From NCBI GenBank assembly GCA_001724265.1, contig MEDY01000102.1:62001-95880 (forward strand): a stretch of DNA of 33,880 nucleotides, given 5' to 3'. Both the position numbers and the translations under genes were made by a program. This DNA is from Rhizaria sp. SCN 62-66. Lineage: Eukaryota. Below, piece by piece: positions 29,119 through 33,880 of the stretch (its first letter is position 1; each line of letters starts with the position of its first letter). The notes under the pieces were generated by a model. The model made no database searches and was not told the origin of the DNA. It saw only the letters and a program-made list of their open reading frames with translations.

Positions 29119-31232
29119 TTAGTCGAAATGTTTCGAGTCAGCAATAACCTTTTGGGGCGGCTGCGCCCACGCCCAGCTAAGCTTGGGGTCAAAGGGCCCA
29201 CACTCCTTACGGCGCTGCGCGATGCCACCCGTGCGGTAAAAGCCCAACGCTTCCTTGAAGTGGCCCAGCGGCATCACACGCACGACGTCACCGTTGAACA
29301 CCGCGCGCACCCAGTACGGGTCTGTCAGCGCGCGCGGCGTCGCGTTCGCGCGCGTCACGTGCGGCCACTCGGTGCCGGGCGGCATTGTCTCCGTGTGAGA
29401 GAACTCGTCTCTGCGCATGAGAAACGAAGAGAGAGAAGCAAAACAGCAAAATGAAGCAGAAACGTGAGAATGTAGAACAGAGATCAAAGTCATAATAGAT
29501 TATCAATTATTTATAGATAACGTCAAATTATAATTTTAGATATATGAAGCAACATCAATTACTATTTACACCATGTTGCGATGACGTAAATCGTGTGCGT
29601 ACCTGCGGGCGTGGTTGACGATGCTCTCGAGCTTGTTGTAGGCGTACTGCGGGTCCGTCGCGGCGGCGTCGCGGTGGCGCCACAACTCCAGCTCCACGTG
29701 CGTTGAAAACGGCGGCCACGACCGGAGCGGAATGCCCAGCACGGCCGCGAGGGGCGCGATCGTGGTGTCGTGGCCCGAGTACACCACCAGCTTCGGCGGC
29801 TGCTCCGAGACCGGGGAGAAGCGTGCGTGCGGCGAGAAGGGGTCCTGGTTGGCCGCCTCGCCCACCCGCAGCGCGCGCGACGTGTCGGCGGCGGCGGCCT
29901 TCTTGGCGGCGATCGCGGCCGTCTCCGCAGCCACAGCCTCAGCGGCGGCGGTGTCCCCCGCGGCCGCGGCGGCGCGCGCACGCGCACACAGCTCCGCCTC
30001 CTTGCGGCGCGCGCGCTCTTCGGCGTACAGGTCAATGCTGGTGCGGACGTCGAACGTCGCGGGGCGGCGGCCCGAGGCGGCGAACTCGGTCATGCCAACG
30101 AGCCGGTCGACGAGCGGGCCGACGCCGAGGCGCAGCGACTGCGGGGTCGCGGCCAGGGCCTCGCGGAACTCGTGCCACGCCGCGCGCTCCACCACTGGCA
30201 AGAAGTCAGCAGGCAGGCCGGGCAGCAGCGACAGCTGGTGATACGTGCGCGAATGCGCCCAGTCACCCGCGGCGACCCAGCTCTGTGTGTCCATCGGGTC
30301 CACGCCCGCGCCCGCCTTGACGCGCGAACGCAAATCCTACAGAAATGGCGCGATAATGCAGCAGAATGAGCAATGGGAAAAAAATTATCAAAAAGTTAGG
30401 CAATGTTATTTAATCATTATTTAATTCCAAGATTGAATTATATTTGTTATGCGTAGCAATAATGCAAAGACAAGTCGTTGTAAAGTACCTGGAAGAGGGC
30501 CGAGTCTTCAACCTCAGCGACGGCGTCTGCGTGTGCGCGGCGGTAGTCGCGCAGCAGTGTGTGGCAGCCCTCGAGACGCATGTTAAGCGCGTTATCGGGG
30601 TCGACTTGGTCGTCCAGGTGCGCCTGCGGCGGGGCACCGCCCGGGAAGAGGCCTTCGAGCGTGCGCTTGAGACTGAGACGCGCACGCGGGTACTTGGTCG
30701 ACTCGACGTGCATGTACCGCTCGTCGAACGCAGAGGGCAGGAATCCGAGCTGCGTAGCGTAGCGCGCGCGAAGACGCTCGCCCAGCTCGACGCACATGCG
30801 CTCGCCGTTGACAGTGAGCTGCCCGGGGGCACAGGGCCGCAGCTCGGGGTCGTCGATCGCCTGGTCGGAGTCGTGGCATTTGGTCCAGTCGCGCGCGAAC
30901 TGCTCTGGGTTCTCGAAGTCCAGCAGCGAGCACGTCGAGCGCGCCCCGTGGCGCATCACCACCTGCAGCTGCACCAACTCGAAGTCCGCCGGGTCAGGCT
31001 CTGCGTAGCTCATGGCAGGGGGAACAGTGGCGGCGCCGGTGGCGACGGCGGCGACGGGCTTGGCCGCATGGTTAGCAGCCGCGGCGTCGACGACGGGCGC
31101 AGAGATCGCGGGCGGAGCGGGTGCATCAGCGACCGAAGGCTTGTTAGGAGCCTTGGCAGCAGAAGCAACAATGACCGACGATGCTGCAGCCGCACCGAAG
31201 CCACTGAGTAGCTTAAGGGAGTGCTTCCACAT
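29119..31232 (-). CDS. Histidine acid phosphatase (branch 2, ACP6/lysophosphatidic-acid-phosphatase-like), ~589 aa, exons 31232-30489, 30336-29603, 29410-29119
   Basis: Catalytic RHGAR motif, GQLT..G, and YSGHDTTIAPL…WPPFSTH. Introns 30488-30337 (GTACTT…GTAG, phase 0) and 29602-29411 (GTACGC…GCAG, phase 2) preserve frame; TAA stop. Confidence 0.88.
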
Positions 31233-32069
31233 CTGTATGCAGGGTGACGTGACCGGGTGTTGAAGAAGTAGGTGAGTTCTGGGTCTATATTGTGCCAGTA
31301 CATGTATAAATAACCAAACATGTGCTAACAACAGCATCACCAAACATATTACGGTTACATTCTATTTTACGATCGTTGCATCGAGTACGTGAGTGATCTT
31401 TAAGACCCTTCAGTGCGATTGGCATATGACCACAAGCCACAATTCGCGCAGAAAAGTTACAAATCACTTTATTATCCTTATACAACGAGCACAGCTGCCG
31501 TCGCTGACATTTTGCTTCCAAACGAAATCCATGTGGGCCCGCATGTTTTAGTTATTCAACTCTGTACATATTGCGCAACATATCACCTCCGATTTTGACA
31601 AAGTTGTACATCGTATCATAAAGAACCATATGATTCCAACTTAGAGCAGCAGTCAAGAGTAAATTAATGCCGGATTCAGGTATGATACAATGTGGGCAGC
31701 TATACCCAAGTTGATTATAAGCAGGTTGCAATCATATTTTTGACTTAAATCGTTAAATTCCACCTGAATAACGTGACGTTAGTGCAAGACAATCAATTAT
31801 AGACGCAAGATACCTAACGATGACATAGAAAATATAGTGATAACATACATTTATTTCAGGAACATACGGCTCCGCATTATTTTCACAAGTTTTATTCATA
31901 TATGCAGCGATATATGATCCGGAAACGTTTTAGAGGAGGTCCGGTTCCCAAAAAAGCACGAGGGATGAAATTGCATTTGTGTTTTTTGCGAACCGGGGCG
32001 GGGAATACCGAGACCCACTTAGATGATGAGGAACTTTGAAGGTGTTTTTCGTTTGAAAACCCAACGGAA
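31233..32069. promoter_or_regulatory. Divergent intergenic region (acid phosphatase / ATP synthase d)
   Basis: AT-rich spacer between head-to-head starts at 31232(-) and 32070(+). Confidence 0.5.
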
Positions 32070-32919
32070 ATGATGCGTTCTACCCGTGCTGTGGCCCGCC
32101 TTCCTTTTAACTGGTACGTAATCATTTCTGACTACTATTCTGCCTTATCTCTCGCTCCTACGAACCCGCTTTGTGAGACGTGGTCGTCGTTGCTCACTTC
32201 CCAACCGTGCACTGTTGCTTTCCTTGCTTCTTTTGCGCTGCTATAGGCAGAAGGCCGTGTCTCGTTTCTTCCCCGCGTCTGGTCGCCAGTACAAGGACAT
32301 CGACGCCAAGCTCGACGGCCTGTGGCGCGAGGTCTACGCCGCCCCCGAGGCCGTTGCGCCCATTGACTGGGCTTCGTGGAGCAAGAAGATCCAGGACAAG
32401 GCTGCTGTCGAGGCTATCAAGCGCGAGTACGAGGCCAAGACCTTCGCGGCCCCCGTCCCGGACGTCTACCAGACCCCCGAGCAGTTCAAGCAGGCCCTGG
32501 CCGACGCCAAGGAGGCCGGCGAGTTCTCCACCGAGTACAGCAAGAAGCTCCAGACTGAGCTGGCGTCGCTCGAGAAGAAGAAGAAGGAGTGGTACTTCTA
32601 CACCCTCGAGGCGCTCTACGGCGAGCTCCCCGGCTACGAGGCCGAGCTTGCGCGCTTCCGCGAGGACCTCCACCCCTCCGTGCCCTCCGAGGTCATCGCT
32701 GCGATCGAGACTCTGTCCCCTGAGGAGATCATTGCCTCCCTCAAGGCCGGCAAGCTCCCCGCGTTCCCCGTCGCCGCCATCCAGGCCCTCCCCAAGGACT
32801 CCCCCGTCCGCACCGCCATCGCCGCCGAGTACGAGGCCTACCGCAACGAGGCTGCCGCCAAGAAGGTCAAGACCCCCACTCTCGACGCCATCATCGCCGG
32901 CCCCGTCGCCGCCCTCTAA
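32070..32919 (+). CDS. ATP5PD: Mitochondrial ATP synthase subunit d, ~238 aa, exons 32070-32113 and 32247-32919
   Basis: PIDWASWSKKIQDKAAVEAIKREYEAKTFAAP resembles the subunit-d core (IDWxxY…VDxFxKxF…P). Arg-rich presequence-like start MMRSTRAVARL. Intron 32114-32246 (GTACGT…ATAG) is in frame. Strong codon bias; TAA stop. Confidence 0.8.
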
Positions 32920-33618
32920 GCACAACTACACTCGCTGTAGTCTGCTCAGCTCTCTTCTTCATGAAGCGTTGTGTACGGAGACTCACAACTCTCTCCGCTG
33001 ACGCTGGTGCGCTCATGCGCTTGTTATAATACGTACGTCTACAACCCATATATCCTAGCATTTATTGTTCACGCCTTTTTGCCCCTCTTAAGGACCCCGC
33101 TTATCATGTTTGCCTTCTTCCATGCTCTTCTCCTGGCTTTCCCAGTATGTCCCGGTTCACCGAAGTCCTCTTGACGCGGCTGTTCTCGGAGTCTTGCCGT
33201 GGCGGCTTCACTCGCCAGCTTAATTTATCCTTTGCCTTTTTGCTGGGAATAAACTCTTTTTCGTTTTTCATCCATCTTCATCTCCTTTCACCGCTTTGAA
33301 TTGCACCTATCGGGACCGGGCATGAAGAGATTTGGTCCCAAGATTGTTTTCACCCTAAGTGCCAATAAACTCGTACGGCGCGACTCGATCCAGAAAAAAA
33401 ATGATATAACAGCTTATTATGTACTTTTGTATTACGGACAGGTTGAATAGTAAAACATCCTTCACAAACCGTGGGGCACGCCTTCTGACGAACGCAGACG
33501 ATTCCAAGAATCGAGCGATGGGGGAAAGAGAGCGCAAGCGCACGCGGTTATCTTTTTACTCAACGGTCACGGAGAGAGAGGAGCTAAGTGAGGGCATCTA
33601 TTTTACAAGATGCCGAAC

Positions 33619-33879
33619 TTACGCCTTGCAAGCGCAGCACTCCTGGCCGTTGGCGGCCTGGTACTTGACGGAGGCCATCACCTCGGCGAACGAGGGGAGG
33701 TTCTCAGAGGTCACGGACTCGGAGGCGGAGATCATCGAGGCCTTGACGTTGGCGGGGTTGCAGGGGCAGCAGCCGAGGGCAGTGAGCTGCTGGGGGACGG
33801 GGGCCTGGTACTCGCAAGCGGGCTTCTCGCAGACGAGCTCGCACTTGGGGCGGGGGCACATGAGGGGCTTGCGGCACTT
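33619..33879 (-). CDS. 3' part of a cysteine-rich protein (…KCRKPLMCPRPKCELVCEKPACEY…GCCPC…ECCACKA*), truncated by window edge
   Basis: Open frame to the window end, strong C/G-ending codon bias, periodic Cys spacing, TAA stop at 33621-33619. Confidence 0.8.
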   Translation of the reverse strand, partial: KCRKPLMCPRPKCELVCEKPACEYQAPVPQQLTALGCCPCNPANVKASMISASESVTSENLPSFAEVMASVKYQAANGQECCACKA

Positions 33880-33880
33880 C

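Noticed and set aside
5360-31232. Cluster of three phosphatases plus a kinase as a functional pathway or operon
   Set aside because: The families are unrelated, the strands are mixed, and unrelated genes intervene; this is ordinary eukaryotic gene order.
1443-32925. Many long antisense and alternate-frame ORFs in the track (e.g. 25553-27271, 13386-14660, 18645-19943, 32194-32925)
   Set aside because: These are shadow ORFs of GC-rich, GCN-repeat coding sequence; they lack family motifs and overlap well-supported genes.
1-33880. CRISPR arrays, rRNA, transposase/RT/integrase genes, telomeric repeats
   Set aside because: None seen; the repeats are only coding trinucleotide tracts.

Overview
This is eukaryotic, protist-like genomic DNA, not prokaryotic. 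GC-rich exons full of Ala/Ser low-complexity tracts alternate with AT-rich spacers and short GT-AG spliceosomal introns. I reconstructed ten introns by hand, all frame-preserving, with donor consensus GTNC(G/T)Y. I can support 11 protein-coding genes, in order: a partial 3' gene end, a 3-exon membrane protein, a small acidic NLS protein, a 1826-aa Ppn1/ASMase-type metallophosphoesterase, a 4-exon Ala-rich coiled-coil protein, a membrane-anchored PP2C, a very long MAP2K-like kinase, a WW/FF-type PRP40-like protein, a histidine acid phosphatase, mitochondrial ATP synthase subunit d, and a partial Cys-rich protein. The most striking signal is in the kinase gene. Its reading frame continues about 1 kb upstream through two in-frame TAG codons in Gln-rich, coding-like sequence, and none of the 11 genes ends in TAG (7 TAA, 4 TGA). 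This suggests UAG is decoded as an amino acid, either by a variant code (probably Gln) or by editing/readthrough. All family calls come from motif recognition; no database searches were run.
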